Below, piece after piece: positions 41,090 through 41,764 of a stretch of 41,764 nt of DNA. The number at the start of each line of letters is the position of its first letter. The first letter of the stretch is position 1. Position numbers and translations under genes: made by a program. The notes below the pieces were generated by a model. It saw only the letters and a list, made by a program, of their open reading frames with translations, was not told the origin of the DNA and made no database searches. The DNA comes from an uncultured Gammaproteobacteria bacterium (lineage in GTDB: Bacteria > Patescibacteriota > Microgenomatia > UBA8517). Where the stretch lies: NCBI GenBank assembly GCA_964635715.1, contig CAZWNZ010000001.1:204358-246121 (forward strand). The letters are read 5' to 3'.

Positions 41090-41764
41090 ATGAATACTTT
41101 GTATGTTACTCAAGAACTAAGGCCGTTAAGGTTGTGTTTTGTGGTTGGTAGAAGTAAAAAATCTTTTCTCAAAGCAATTGCGATTAATACTACTCTTTGG
41201 GGTGGTGTCTATAATCCAATTATTAGCTTTAAGAAGACAGATAGGTTGAATATTAGGAGGAATCTTGGATTAATAAAAGAATTTGACCCCGATTATATTC
41301 TCGATTTATCTGGAGGTATACCTGATGAAATTAAAAAAGATATATCGCACTCAATTCTAAAACCAGAGGACTTCTTCTTTAGTGATGCGGCAGACATTAA
41401 TAAGGGATATAGGATTGGACTCAGGGCATATGCTGCTTTTTTGGACGAAATTCCCGAATCGGAATTAACTGACGAGACCAAAAATAGACTTCGTTCGGTT
41501 AGGTCGCCAAAAGGAGAACTTGAACTATTTTATGCTGTTAGATTTGGGCTTTTAGATAAGACCATTAGCCCTGATTTAGTAGAGTTTACCAAGAATAAGC
41601 TACAACTGAAAAAAGCTACTCTTAATTTTGACCAGTACTCAAAAACTACAGATTCCGACCTCGTTGGGCCAATAGCAATAACAACTAGCCAGTTAAAACC
41701 ATTTGGTGGGGGTGGAGGCTTTTCAAGTAGTCTCATTTATGTTGGTAACTGTAAAAATAAAGAT
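41090..41764 (+). CDS. hypothetical protein, 3'-truncated by the window end (absent from the ORF track)
   Basis: My own translation from ATG 41090 stays open for 225 codons to the last base (MNTLYVTQELRPLRLCFVVGRSKK...). Confidence 0.6.
   Translation, partial: MNTLYVTQELRPLRLCFVVGRSKKSFLKAIAINTTLWGGVYNPIISFKKTDRLNIRRNLGLIKEFDPDYILDLSGGIPDEIKKDISHSILKPEDFFFSDAADINKGYRIGLRAYAAFLDEIPESELTDETKNRLRSVRSPKGELELFYAVRFGLLDKTISPDLVEFTKNKLQLKKATLNFDQYSKTTDSDLVGPIAITTSQLKPFGGGGGFSSSLIYVGNCKNKD

Larger units (their letters stand above)
27231..41764. mobile_element. integrated element next to tRNA-Gln (serine recombinase, metal/thiol cargo operon, XRE switch, ParB-MTase, TerS, TerL); right end lies outside the window
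   Basis: The recombinase gene sits 96 nt from the tRNA 3' end. Phage-type genes occupy 35-41 kb. The region also holds a paralogue of the chromosomal DsbA-like gene. Confidence 0.65.

Noticed and set aside
41293-41736. Track ORFs 41293..41481 (-) and 41530..41736 (-).
   Set aside because: Both are antisense to a longer uninterrupted plus-strand frame that starts at 41090 and reaches the window end.
27231-41764. Calling the region a complete prophage.
   Set aside because: No portal, capsid, tail or lysis genes are visible and the right boundary is outside the window. Only an integrated element with a phage-like packaging module is supported.

Overview
AT-rich bacterial window with short, tightly packed genes. 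The gene content looks like a Candidate Phyla Radiation (Patescibacteria or Microgenomates-like) genome; that placement is inference only. Positions 1-27.2 kb are chromosomal housekeeping genes: a T-box-controlled trpS-csaA pair, ftsH, a 5'-3' exonuclease, mutM, recF, nnrD, a Fic protein, an ATP-dependent DNA ligase, pth, gdhA, trxA/trxB plus a DsbA-like protein, a SpoU methyltransferase and four tRNA genes. From tRNA-Gln (27.2 kb) to the window end lies an integrated element. It starts with a large serine recombinase and carries a six-gene minus-strand operon: a Zn/Cd-type P1B ATPase, a BlaI/CopY repressor, a sensor-less M56 protease, DsbA, SufS and a membrane thioredoxin-fold fusion. Behind that come an XRE switch and a phage-like block with a ParB-methyltransferase, TerS and TerL, but no morphogenesis genes in view. 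Several signals are not explained by gene calls. (1) Three of the four tRNA loci carry partial self-copies: tandem 3' halves after tRNA(CAU), and hairpins built from the tRNA 5' end plus its inverted copy in the leaders of tRNA-Lys and tRNA-Gln. (2) A short GC-rich repeat family (CCTTCGAC...GCTCAGGA) sits in-frame inside conserved genes. (3) Both four-helix-bundle genes are bracketed by inverted arrays of short motifs. (4) A cleanly delimited DUF5320-DUF134-CxxC membrane operon lies divergent from trxA. All calls come from reading the sequence and recalling motifs; no searches were run.
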